DNA from: Auanema rhodensis
Lineage: Eukaryota; Animalia; Nematoda
Length of the DNA: 64,000 bases
Reading direction: 5' to 3'
NCBI GenBank assembly: GCA_964057225.1
Contig: OZ059894.1
Coordinates: 20,894,001 to 20,958,000 of the forward strand
Shown: positions 1 to 12,285 of the stretch, one piece after another
Position numbering within the stretch: the stretch's first letter is position 1
Layout of the letters: the number at the start of each line of letters is the position of its first letter
Notes under the pieces: generated by a model
What the model was told of the DNA's origin: nothing
Database searches by the model: none
What the model saw: the letters and a program-made list of their open reading frames with translations, nothing else
Program-made: the position numbers and the translations under genes

Positions 1-36
1 TTAGTTATGATCGTTTGAAAAATGATGCATTAGTGT

Positions 37-64
37 ATGTTGAGTTTCCATGTACACTCAACAT
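37..64. other. Inverted repeat in every monomer: 9-bp stem, 10-nt loop
   Basis: ATGTTGAGT (37-45) / ACTCAACAT (56-64) are perfect reverse complements. Confidence 0.9.
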
Positions 65-214
65 TGCTTCCAAAAACATTTTGACAAAAATTTTTTCGAA
101 AAATTTCAAAATAATTTAGCAAAAAGTAGATGTTTTTAGATTCCATTTTTCAAGGCAAAGACGATGGACAATGTTATTCAACGAAAAAATTGATTCTTCA
201 GGGTGAAAATCGAG

Positions 215-236
215 GATATAAGTGTGAACTTATATC
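215..236. other. Inverted repeat in every monomer: 9-bp stem, 4-nt loop GTGA/GTAA
   Basis: GATATAAGT (215-223), loop GTGA, ACTTATATC (228-236). Confidence 0.9.
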
Positions 237-3200
237 AGTTGATATCTCGGTGCATTTTAAAGCTAGTGCAAATCTGATAACACAGATCGACGCAGCTTAA
301 AAATCCGCATCGAATGCACTATACTACATTGAGAAACGCTTAATACAAAAATTAGTTATGATCGTTTGAAAAATGATGCATTAGTGTATGTTGAGTTTCC
401 ATGTACACTCAACATTGCTTCCAAAAACATTTTGACAAAAATTTTTTCGAAAAATTTCAAAATAATTTAGCAAAAAGTAGATGTTTTTAGATTCCATTTT
501 TCAAGGCAAAGACGATGGACAATGTTATTCAACGAAAAAATTGATTCTTCAGGGTGAAAATCGAGGATATAAGTGTGAACTTATATCAGTTGATATCTCG
601 GTGCATTTTAAAGCTAGTGCAAATCTGATAACACAGATCGACGCAGCTTAAAAATCCGCATCGAATGCACTATACTACATTGAGAAACGCTTAATACAAA
701 AATTAGTTATGATCGTTTGAAAAATGATGCATTAGTGTATGTTGAGTTTCCATGTACACTCAACATTGCTTCCAAAAACATTTTGACAAAAATTTTTTCG
801 AAAAATTTCAAAATAATTTAGCAAAAAGTAGATGTTTTTAGATTCCTTTTTTCAAGGCAAAGACGATGGACAATGTTATTCAACGAAAAAATTAATTCTT
901 CAGGGTGAAAATCGAGGATATAAGTGTGAACTTATATCAGTTGATATCTCGGTGCATTTTTAAGCTAGCGCAAATCTGAAAACACAGATCGACGCAACTT
1001 AAAAATCCGCATCGAATGCACTATACTACATTGAGAAACGCTTAATACAAAAATTAGTTATGATCGTTTGAAAAATGATGCATTAGTGTATGTTGAGTTT
1101 CCATGTACACTCAACATTGCTTCCAAAAACATTTTGACAAAAATTTTTTCGAAAAATTTCAAAATAATTTAGCAAAAAGTAGATGTTTTTAGATTCCTTT
1201 TTTCAAGGCAAAGACGATGGACAATGTTATTCAACGAAAAAATTAATTCTTCAGGGTGAAAATCGAGGATATAAGTGTGAACTTATATCAGTTGATATCT
1301 CGGTGCATTTTTAAGCTAGCGCAAATCTGATAACACAGATCGACGCAGCTTCAAAATCCGCATCGAATGCACTATACTACATTGAGAAACGCTTAATACA
1401 AAAATTAGTTATGATCGTTTGAAAAATGATGCATTAGTGTATGTTGAGTTTCCATGTACACTCAACATTGCTTCCAAAAACATTTTGACAAAAATTTTTT
1501 CGAAAAATTTCAAAATAATTTAGCAAAAAGTAGATGTTTTTAGATTCCTTTTTTCAAGGCAAAGACGATGGACAATGTTATTCAACGAAAAAATTAATTC
1601 TTCAGGGTGAAAATCGAGGATATAAGTGTGAACTTATATCAGTTGATATCTCGGTGCATTTTTAAGCTAGCGCAAATCTGAAAACACAGATCGACGCAAC
1701 TTAAAAATCCGCATCGAATGCACTATACTACATTGAGAAACGCTTAATACAAAAATTAGTTATGATCGTTTGAAAAATGATGCATTAGTGTATGTTGAGT
1801 TTCCATGTACACTCAACATTGCTTCCAAAAACATTTTGACAAAAATTTTTTCGAAAAATTTCAAAATAATTTAGCAAAAAGTAGATGTTTTTAGATTCCA
1901 TTTTTCAAGGCAAAGACGATGGACAATGTTATTCAACGAAAAAATTGATTCTTCAGGGTGAAAATCGAGGATATAAGTGTGAACTTATATCAGTTGATAT
2001 CTCGGTGCATTTTAAAGCTAGTGCAAATCTGATAACACAGATCGACGCAGCTTAAAAATCCGCATCGAATGCACTATACTACATTGAGAAACGCTTAATA
2101 CAAAAATTAGTTATGATCGTTTGAAAAATGATGCATTAGTGTATGTTGAGTTTCCATGTACACTCAACATTGCTTCCAAAAACATTTTGACAAAAATTTT
2201 TTCGAAAAATTTCAAAATAATTTAGCAAAAAGTAGATGTTTTTAGATTCCTTTTTTCAAGGCAAAGACGATGGACAATGTTATTCAACGAAAAAATTAAT
2301 TCTTCAGGGTGAAAATCGAGGATATAAGTGTGAACTTATATCAGTTGATATCTCGGTGCATTTTTAAGCTAGCGCAAATCTGAAAACACAGATCGACGCA
2401 ACTTAAAAATCCGCATCGAATGCACTATACTACATTGAGAAACGCTTAATACAAAAATTAGTTATGATCGTTTGAAAAATGATGCATTAGTGTATGTTGA
2501 GTTTCCATGTACACTCAACATTGCTTCCAAAAACATTTTGACAAAAATTTTTTCGAAAAATTTCAAAATAATTTAGCAAAAAGTAGATGTTTTTAGATTC
2601 CATTTTTCAAGGCAAAGACGATGGACAATGTTATTCAACGAAAAAATTGATTCTTCAGGGTGAAAATCGAGGATATAAGTGTGAACTTATATCAGTTGAT
2701 ATCTCGGTGCATTTTAAAGCTAGTGCAAATCTGATAACACAGATCGACGCAGCTTAAAAATCCGCATCGAATGCACTATACTACATTGAGAAACGCTTAA
2801 TACAAAAATTAGTTATGATCGTTTGAAAAATGATGCATTAGTGTATGTTGAGTTTCCATGTACACTCAACATTGCTTCCAAAAACATTTTGACAAAAATT
2901 TTTTCGAAAAATTTCAAAATAATTTAGCAAAAAGTAGATGTTTTTAGATTCCTTTTTTCAAGGCACAGACGATGGACAATGTTATTCAACGAAAAAATTA
3001 ATTCTTCAGGGTGAAAATCGAGGATATAAGTGTGAACTTATATCAGTTGATATCTCGGTGCATTTTTAAGCTAGCGCAAATCTGATAACACAGATCGACG
3101 CAACTTAAAAATCCGCATCGAATGCACTATACTACATTGAGAAACGCTTAATACAAAAATTAGTTATGATCGTTTGAAAAATGATGCATTAGTGTATGTT

Positions 3201-4212
3201 GAGTTTCCATGTACACTCAACATTGCTTCCAAAAACATTTTGACAAAAATTTTTTCGAAAAATTTCAAAATAATTTAGCAAAAAGTAGATGTTTTTAGAT
3301 TCCATTTTTCAAGGCAAAGACGATGGACAATGTTATTCAACGAAAAAATTGATTCTTCAGGGTGAAAATCGAGGATATAAGTGTGAACTTATATCAGTTG
3401 ATATCTCGGTGCATTTTTAAGCTAGCGCAAATCTGATAACACAGATCGACGCAACTTAAAAATCCGCATCGAATGCACTATACTACATTGAGAAACGCTT
3501 AATACAAAAATTAGTTATGATCGTTTGAAAAATGATGCATTAGTGTATGTTGAGTTTCCATGTACACTCAACATTGCTTCCAAAAACATTTTGACAAAAA
3601 TTTTTTCGAAAAATTTCAAAATAATTTAGCAAAAAGTAGATGTTTTTAGATTCCATTTTTCAAGGCAAAGACGATGGACAATGTTATTCAACGAAAAAAT
3701 TAATTCTTCAGGGTGAAAATCGAGGATATAAGTGTGAATTTATATCAGTTGATATCTCGGTGCATTTTTAAGCTAGCGCAAATCTGATAACACAGATCGA
3801 CGCAGCTTAAAAATCCGCATCGAATGCACTATACTACATTGAGAAACGCTTAATACAAAAATTAGTTATGATCGTTTGAAAAATGATGCATTAGTGTATG
3901 TTGAGTTTCCATGTACACTCAACATTGCTTCCAAAAACATTTTGACAAAAAATTTTTCGAAAAATTTCAAAATAATTTAGCAAAAAGTAGATGTTTTTAG
4001 ATTCCTTTTTTCAAGGCAAAGACGATGGACAATGTTATTCAACGAAAAAATTAATTCTTCAGGGTGAAAATCGAGGATATAAGTGTGAACTTATATCAGT
4101 TGATATCTCGGTGCATTTTTAAGCTAGCGCAAATCTGATAACACAGATCGACGCAACTTAAAAATCCGCATCGAATGCACTATACTACATTGAGAAACGC
4201 TTAATACAAAAA

Positions 4213-7020
4213 TTAGTTATGATCGTTTGAAAAATGATGCATTAGTGTATGTTGAGTTTCCATGTACACTCAACATTGCTTCCAAAAACATTTTGACAAA
4301 AATTTTTTCGAAAAATTTCAAAATAATTTAGCAAAAAGTAGATGTTTTTAGATTCCATTTTTCAAGGCAAAGACGATGGACAATGTTATTCAACGAAAAA
4401 ATTGATTCTTCAGGGTGAAAATCGAGGATATAAGTGTGAACTTATATCAGTTGATATCTCGGTGCATTTTTAAGCTAGCGCAAATCTGATAACACAGATC
4501 GACGCAGCTTAAAAATCCGCATCGAATGCACTATACTACATTGAGAAACGCTTAATACAAAAATTAGTTATGATCGTTTGAAAAATGATGCATTAGTGTA
4601 TGTTGAGTTTCCATGTACACTCAACATTGCTTCCAAAAACATTTTGACAAAAATTTTTTCGAAAAATTTCAAAATAATTTAGCAAAAAGTAGATGTTTTT
4701 AGATTCCTTTTTTCAAGGCACAGACGATGGACAATGTTATTCAACGAAAAAATTAATTCTTCAGGGTGAAAATCGAGGATATAAGTGTGAACTTATATCA
4801 GTTGATATCTCGGTGCATTTTTAAGCTAGCGCAAATCTGATAACACAGATCGACGCAACTTAAAAATCCGCATCGAATGCACTATACTACATTGAGAAAC
4901 GCTTAATACAAAAATTAGTTATGATCGTTTGAAAAATGATGCATTAGTGTATGTTGAGTTTCCATGTACACTCAACATTGCTTCCAAAAACATTTTGACA
5001 AAAATTTTTTCGAAAAATTTCAAAATAATTTAGCAAAAAGTAGATGTTTTTAGATTCCATTTTTCAAGGCAAAGACGATGGACAATGTTATTCAACGAAA
5101 AAATTGATTCTTCAGGGTGAAAATCGAGGATATAAGTGTGAACTTATATCAGTTGATATCTCGGTGCATTTTTAAGCTAGCGCAAATCTGATAACACAGA
5201 TCGACGCAGCTTAAAAATCCGCATCGAATGCACTATACTACATTGAGAAACGCTTAATACAAAAATTAGTTATGATCGTTTGAAAAATGATGCATTAGTG
5301 TATGTTGAGTTTCCATGTACACTCAACATTGCTTCCAAAAACATTTTGACAAAAATTTTTTCGAGAAATTTCAAAATAATTTAGCAAAAAGTAGATGTTT
5401 TTAGATTCCTTTTTTCAAGGCAAAGACGATGGACAATGTTATTCAACGAAAAAATTAATTCTTCAGGGTGAAAATCGAGGATATAAGTGTGAACTTATAT
5501 CAGTTGATATCTCGGTGCATTTTTAAGCTAGCGCAAATCTGATAACACAGATCGACGCAACTTAAAAATCCGCATCGAATGCACTATACTACATTGAGAA
5601 ACGCTTAATACAAAAATTAGTTATGATCGTTTGAAAAATGATGCATTAGTGTATGTTGAGTTTCCATGTACACTCAACATTGCTTCCAAAAACATTTTGA
5701 CAAAAATTTTTTCGAAAAATTTCAAAATAATTTAGCAAAAAGTAGATGTTTTTAGATTCCATTTTTCAAGGCAAAGACGATGGACAATGTTATTCAACGA
5801 AAAAATTGATTCTTCAGGGTGAAAATCGAGGATATAAGTGTGAACTTATATCAGTTGATATCTCGGTGCATTTTTAAGCTAGCGCAAATCTGATAACACA
5901 GATCGACGCAGCTTAAAAATCCGCATCGAATGCACTATACTACATTGAGAAACGCTTAATACAAAAATTAGTTATGATCGTTTGAAAAATGATGCATTAG
6001 TGTATGTTGAGTTTCCATGTACACTCAACATTGCTTCCAAAAACATTTTGACAAAAATTTTTTCGAAAAATTTCAAAATAATTTAGCAAAAAGTAGATGT
6101 TTTTAGATTCCTTTTTTCAAGGCACAGACGATGGACAATGTTATTCAACGAAAAAATTAATTCTTCAGGGTGAAAATCGAGGATATAAGTGTGAACTTAT
6201 ATCAGTTGATATCTCGGTGCATTTTTAAGCTAGCGCAAATCTGATAACACAGATCGACGCAACTTAAAAATCCGCATCGAATGCACTATACTACATTGAG
6301 AAACGCTTAATACAAAAATTAGTTATGATCGTTTGAAAAATGATGCATTAGTGTATGTTGAGTTTCCATGTACACTCAACATTGCTTCCAAAAACATTTT
6401 GACAAAAATTTTTTCGAAAAATTTCAAAATAATTTAGCAAAAAGTAGATGTTTTTAGATTCCATTTTTCAAGGCAAAGACGATGGACAATGTTATTCAAC
6501 GAAAAAATTGATTCTTCAGGGTGAAAATCGAGGATATAAGTGTGAACTTATATCAGTTGATATCTCGGTGCATTTTTAAGCTAGCGCAAATCTGATAACA
6601 CAGATCGACGCAGCTTAAAAATCCGCATCGAATGCACTATACTACATTGAGAAACGCTTAATACAAAAATTAGTTATGATCGTTTGAAAAATGATGCATT
6701 AGTGTATGTTGAGTTTCCATGTACACTCAACATTGCTTCCAAAAACATTTTGACAAAAATTTTTTCGAGAAATTTCAAAATAATTTAGCAAAAAGTAGAT
6801 GTTTTTAGATTCCTTTTTTCAAGGCAAAGACGATGGACAATGTTATTCAACGAAAAAATTAATTCTTCAGGGTGAAAATCGAGGATATAAGTGTGAACTT
6901 ATATCAGTTGATATCTCGGTGCATTTTTAAGCTAGCGCAAATCTGATAACACAGATCGACGCAACTTAAAAATCCGCATCGAATGCACTATACTACATTG
7001 AGAAACGCTTAATACAAAAA
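4213..7020. repeat. 4-mer HOR (1404 bp) x2 nested in the dimer domain
   Basis: M13-16 = M17-20: A, B(p158C GGCACAG), A, B(p100G CGAGAAA). Confidence 0.8.
4459..4525. other. Long interrupted hairpin p247-313 (shown for M13)
   Basis: TCGGTGC/GCATCGA (one G-T pair), ATTTTTAAGCT/AGCTTAAAAAT (11 bp perfect), GCG/CGC, ATCTG/CAGAT, loop ATAACA. Confidence 0.85.
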
Positions 7021-10000
7021 TTAGTTATGATCGTTTGAAAAATGATGCATTAGTGTATGTTGAGTTTCCATGTACACTCAACATTGCTTCCAAAAACATT
7101 TTGACAAAAATTTTTTCGAAAAATTTCAAAATAATTTAGCAAAAAGTAGATGTTTTTAGATTCCATTTTTCAAGGCAAAGACGATGGACAATGTTATTCA
7201 ACGAAAAAATTGATTCTTCAGGGTGAAAATCGAGGATATAAGTGTGAACTTATATCAGTTGATATCTCGGTGCATTTTTAAGCTAGCGCAAATCTGATAA
7301 CACAGATCGACGCAGCTTAAAAATCCGCATCGAATGCACTATACTACATTGAGAAACGCTTAATACAAAAATTAGTTATGATCGTTTGAAAAATGATGCA
7401 TTAGTGTATGTTGAGTTTCCATGTACACTCAACATTGCTTCCAAAAACATTTTGACAAAAATTTTTTCGAGAAATTTCAAAATAATTTAGCAAAAAGTAG
7501 ATGTTTTTAGATTCCTTTTTTCAAGGCAAAGACGATGGACAATGTTATTCAACGAAAAAATTAATTCTTCAGGGTGAAAATCGAGGATATAAGTGTGAAC
7601 TTATATCAGTTGATATCTCGGTGCATTTTTAAGCTAGCGCAAATCTGATAACACAGATCGACGCAGCTTCAAAATCCGCATCGAATGCACTATACTACAT
7701 TGAGAAACGCTTAATACAAAAATTAGTTATGATCGTTTGAAAAATGATGCATTAGTGTATGTTGAGTTTCCATGTACACTCAACATTGCTTCCAAAAACA
7801 TTTTGACAAAAATTTTTTCGAAAAATTTCAAAATAATTTAGCAAAAAGTAGATGTTTTTAGATTCCTTTTTTCAAGGCAAAGACGATGGACAATGTTATT
7901 CAACGAAAAAATTAATTCTTCAGGGTGAAAATCGAGGATATAAGTGTGAACTTATATCAGTTGATATCTCGGTGCATTTTTAAGCTAGCGCAAATCTGAA
8001 AACACAGATCGACGCAACTTAAAAATCCGCATCGAATGCACTATACTACATTGAGAAACGCTTAATACAAAAATTAGTTATGATCGTTTGAAAAATGATG
8101 CATTAGTGTATGTTGAGTTTCCATGTACACTCAACATTGCTTCCAAAAACATTTTGACAAAAATTTTTTCGAAAAATTTCAAAATAATTTAGCAAAAAGT
8201 AGATGTTTTTAGATTCCATTTTTCAAGGCAAAGACGATGGACAATGTTATTCAACGAAAAAATTGATTCTTCAGGGTGAAAATCGAGGATATAAGTGTGA
8301 ACTTATATCAGTTGATATCTCGGTGCATTTTTAAGCTAGTGCAAATCTGATAACACAGATCGACGCAGCTTAAAAATCCGCATCGAATGCACTATACTAC
8401 ATTGAGAAACGCTTAATACAAAAATTAGTTATGATCGTTTGAAAAATGATGCATTAGTGTATGTTGAGTTTCCATGTACACTCAACATTGCTTCCAAAAA
8501 CATTTTGACAAAAATTTTTTCGAAAAATTTCAAAATAATTTAGCAAAAAGTAGATGTTTTTAGATTCCTTTTTTCAAGGCACAGACGATGGACAATGTTA
8601 TTCAACGAAAAAATTAATTCTTCAGGGTGAAAATCGAGGATATAAGTGTGAACTTATATCAGTTGATATCTCGGTGCATTTTTAAGCTAGCGCAAATCTG
8701 ATAACACAGATCGACGCAACTTAAAAATCCGCATCGAATGCACTATACTACATTGAGAAACGCTTAATACAAAAATTAGTTATGATCGTTTGAAAAATGA
8801 TGCATTAGTGTATGTTGAGTTTCCATGTACACTCAACATTGCTTCCAAAAACAATTTGACAAAAATTTTTTCGAAAAATTTCAAAATAATTTAGCAAAAA
8901 GTAGATGTTTTTAGATTCCATTTTTCAAGGCAAAGACGATGGACAATGTTATTCAACGAAAAAATTGATTCTTCAGGGTGAAAATCGAGGATATAAGTGT
9001 GAACTTATATCAGTTGATATCTCGGTGCATTTTTAAGCTAATGCAAATCTGATAACACAGATCGACGCAGCTTAAAAATCCGCATCGAATGCACTATACT
9101 ACATTGAGAAACGCTTAATACAAAAATTAGTTATGATCGTTTGAAAAATGATGCATTAGTGTATGTTGAGTTTCCATGTACACTCAACATTGCTTCCAAA
9201 AACATTTTGACAAAAATTTTTTCGAAAAATTTCAAAATAATTTAGCAAAAAGTAGATGTTTTTAGATTCCTTTTTTCAAGGCAAAGACGATGGACAATGT
9301 TATTCAACGAAAAAATTAATTCTTCAGGGTGAAAATCGAGGATATAAGTGTGAACTTATATCAGTTGATATCTCGGTGCATTTTTAAGCTAGCGCAAATC
9401 TGATAACACAGATCGACGCAACTTAAAAATCCGCATCGAATGCACTATACTACATTGAGAAACGCTTAATACAAAAATTAGTTATGATCGTTTGAAAAAT
9501 GATGCATTAGTGTATGTTGAGTTTCCATGTACACTCAACATTGCTTCCAAAAACATTTTGACAAAAATTTTTTCGAAAAATTTCAAAATAATTTAGCAAA
9601 AAGTAGATGTTTTTAGATTCCATTTTTCAAGGCAAAGACGATGGACAATGTTATTCAACGAAAAAATTGATTCTTCAGGGTGAAAATCGAGGATATAAGT
9701 GTGAACTTATATCAGTTGATATCTCGGTGCATTTTTAAGCTAGCGCAAATCTGATAACACAGATCGACGCAGCTTCAAAATCCGCATCGAATGCACTATA
9801 CTACATTGAGAAACGCTTAATACAAAAATTAGTTATGATCGTTTGAAAAATGATGCATTAGTGTATGTTGAGTTTCCATGTACACTCAACATTGCTTCCA
9901 AAAACATTTTGACAAAAATTTTTTCGAAAAATTTCAAAATAATTTAGCAAAAAGTAGATGTTTTTAGATTCCATTTTTCAAGGCAAAGACGATGGACAAT

Positions 10001-12285
10001 GTTATTCAACGAAAAAATTGATTCTTCAGGGTGAAAATCGAGGATATAAGTGTGAACTTATATCAGTTGATATCTCGGTGCATTTTCAAGCTAGCGCAAA
10101 TCTGATAACACAGATCGACGCAGCTTAAAAATCCGCATCGAATGCACTATACTACATTGAGAAACGCTTAATACAAAAATTAGTTATGATCGTTTGAAAA
10201 ATGATGCATTAGTGTATGTTGAGTTTCCATGTACACTCAACATTGCTTCCAAAAACATTTTGACAAAAATTTTTTCGAAAAATTTCAAAATAATTTAGCA
10301 AAAAGTAGATGTTTTTAGATTCCATTTTTCAAGGCAAAGACGATGGACAATGTTATTCAACGAAAAAATTGATTCTTCAGGGTGAAAATCGAGGATATAA
10401 GTGTGAACTTATATCAGTTGATATCTCGGTGCATTTTTAAGCTAGTGCAAATCTGATAACACAGATCGACGCAGCTTAAAAATCCGCATCGAATGCACTA
10501 TACTACATTGAGAAACGCTTAATACAAAAATTAGTTATGATCGTTTGAAAAATGATGCATTAGTGTATGTTGAGTTTCCATGTACACTCAACATTGCTTC
10601 CAAAAACATTTTGACAAAAATTTTTTCGAAAAATTTCAAAATAATTTAGCAAAAAGTAGATGTTTTTAGATTCCTTTTTTCAAGGCAAAGACGATGGACA
10701 ATGTTATTCAACGAAAAAATTAATTCTTCAGGGTGAAAATCGAGGATATAAGTGTGAACTTATATCAGTTGATATCTCGGTGCATTTTTAAGCTAGCGCA
10801 AATCTGATAACACAGATCGACGCAACTTAAAAATCCGCATCGAATGCACTATACTACATTGAGAAACGCTTAATACAAAAATTAGTTATGATCGTTTGAA
10901 AAATGATGCATTAGTGTATGTTGAGTTTCCATGTACACTCAACATTGCTTCCAAAAACATTTTGACAAAAATTTTTTCGAAAAATTTCAAAATAATTTAG
11001 CAAAAAGTAGATGTTTTTAGATTCCATTTTTCAAGGCAAAGACGATGGACAATGTTATTCAACGAAAAAATTGATTCTTCAGGGTGAAAATCGAGGATAT
11101 AAGTGTGAACTTATATCAGTTGATATCTCGGTGCATTTTTAAGCTAGCGCAAATCTGATAACACAGATCGACGCAGCTTAAAAATCCGCATCGAATGCAC
11201 TATACTACATTGAGAAACGCTTAATACAAAAATTAGTTATGATCGTTTGAAAAATGATGCATTAGTGTATGTTGAGTTTCCATGTACACTCAACATTGCT
11301 TCCAAAAACATTTTGACAAAAAATTTTTCGAAAAATTTCAAAATAATTTAGCAAAAAGTAGATGTTTTTAGATTCCTTTTTTCAAGGCAAAGACGATGGA
11401 CAATGTTATTCAACGAAAAAATTAATTCTTCAGGGTGAAAATCGAGGATATAAGTGTGAACTTATATCAGTTGATATCTCGGTGCATTTTTAAGCTAGCG
11501 CAAATCTGATAACACAGATCGACGCAACTTAAAAATCCGCATCGAATGCACTATACTACATTGAGAAACGCTTAATACAAAAATTAGTTATGATCGTTTG
11601 AAAAATGATGCATTAGTGTATGTTGAGTTTCCATGTACACTCAACATTGCTTCCAAAAACATTTTGACAAAAATTTTTTCGAAAAATTTCAAAATAATTT
11701 AGCAAAAAGTAGATGTTTTTAGATTCCATTTTTCAAGGCAAAGACGATGGACAATGTTATTCAACGAAAAAATTGATTCTTCAGGGTGAAAATCGAGGAT
11801 ATAAGTGTGAACTTATATCAGTTGATATCTCGGTGCATTTTCAAGCTAGCGCAAATCTGATAACACAGATCGACGCAGCTTAAAAATCCGCATCGAATGC
11901 ACTATACTACATTGAGAAACGCTTAATACAAAAATTAGTTATGATCGTTTGAAAAATGATGCATTAGTGTATGTTGAGTTTCCATGTACACTCAACATTG
12001 CTTCCAAAAACATTTTGACAAAAATTTTTTCGAAAAATTTCAAAATAATTTAGCAAAAAGTAGATGTTTTTAGATTCCTTTTTTCAAGGCACAGACGATG
12101 GACAATGTTATTCAACGAAAAAATTAATTCTTCAGGGTGAAAATCGAGGATATAAGTGTGAACTTATATCAGTTGATATCTCGGTGCATTTTTAAGCTAG
12201 CGCAAATCTGATAACACAGATCGACGCAACTTAAAAATCCGCATCGAATGCACTATACTACATTGAGAAACGCTTAATACAAAAA

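Larger units (their letters stand above)
1..351. repeat. Representative monomer (M1; phase arbitrary)
   Basis: 351 bp with 58 G and 52 C by hand count. Sites: NsiI ATGCAT p25, BsrGI TGTACA p51, BstBI TTCGAA p95, EcoRV GATATC p241. Main polymorphic sites across the array: p100, 108, 145, 192, 226, 259, 278, 287, 295, 299, 305, 338, 341. Confidence 0.97.

Noticed and set aside
140-215. Hammerhead ribozyme as in newt, schistosome or cave-cricket satellites (CTGAAGA on the - strand at p195-201; CTGATAA on + at p274)
   Set aside because: I could not build stem II followed by GAAA, or stems I and III, around the minus-strand CUGANGA. The plus-strand motif does not match CUGANGA. An Infernal/RNAmotif search on a dimer would settle it.
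215-260. Rho-independent terminator
   Set aside because: The stem is AT-rich, there is no immediately following U-tract or upstream gene, and the context is satellite DNA.
1-351. Monomer as an ancient dimer of ~170-175-bp subunits (GTTATGATCGTTTGAAAAATGATGC p4 vs GTTATTCAACGAAAAAATTGATTC p173)
   Set aside because: The similarity is short and AT-rich and does not extend convincingly by eye. It needs a self dot-plot with shuffling statistics.
1-351. tRNA/5S rRNA/snRNA tandem gene cluster, or assignment to a named satellite family
   Set aside because: No recognisable cloverleaf, Pol III boxes or 5S/U-snRNA sequence. I do not recognise the family, and size alone is not enough to name it.
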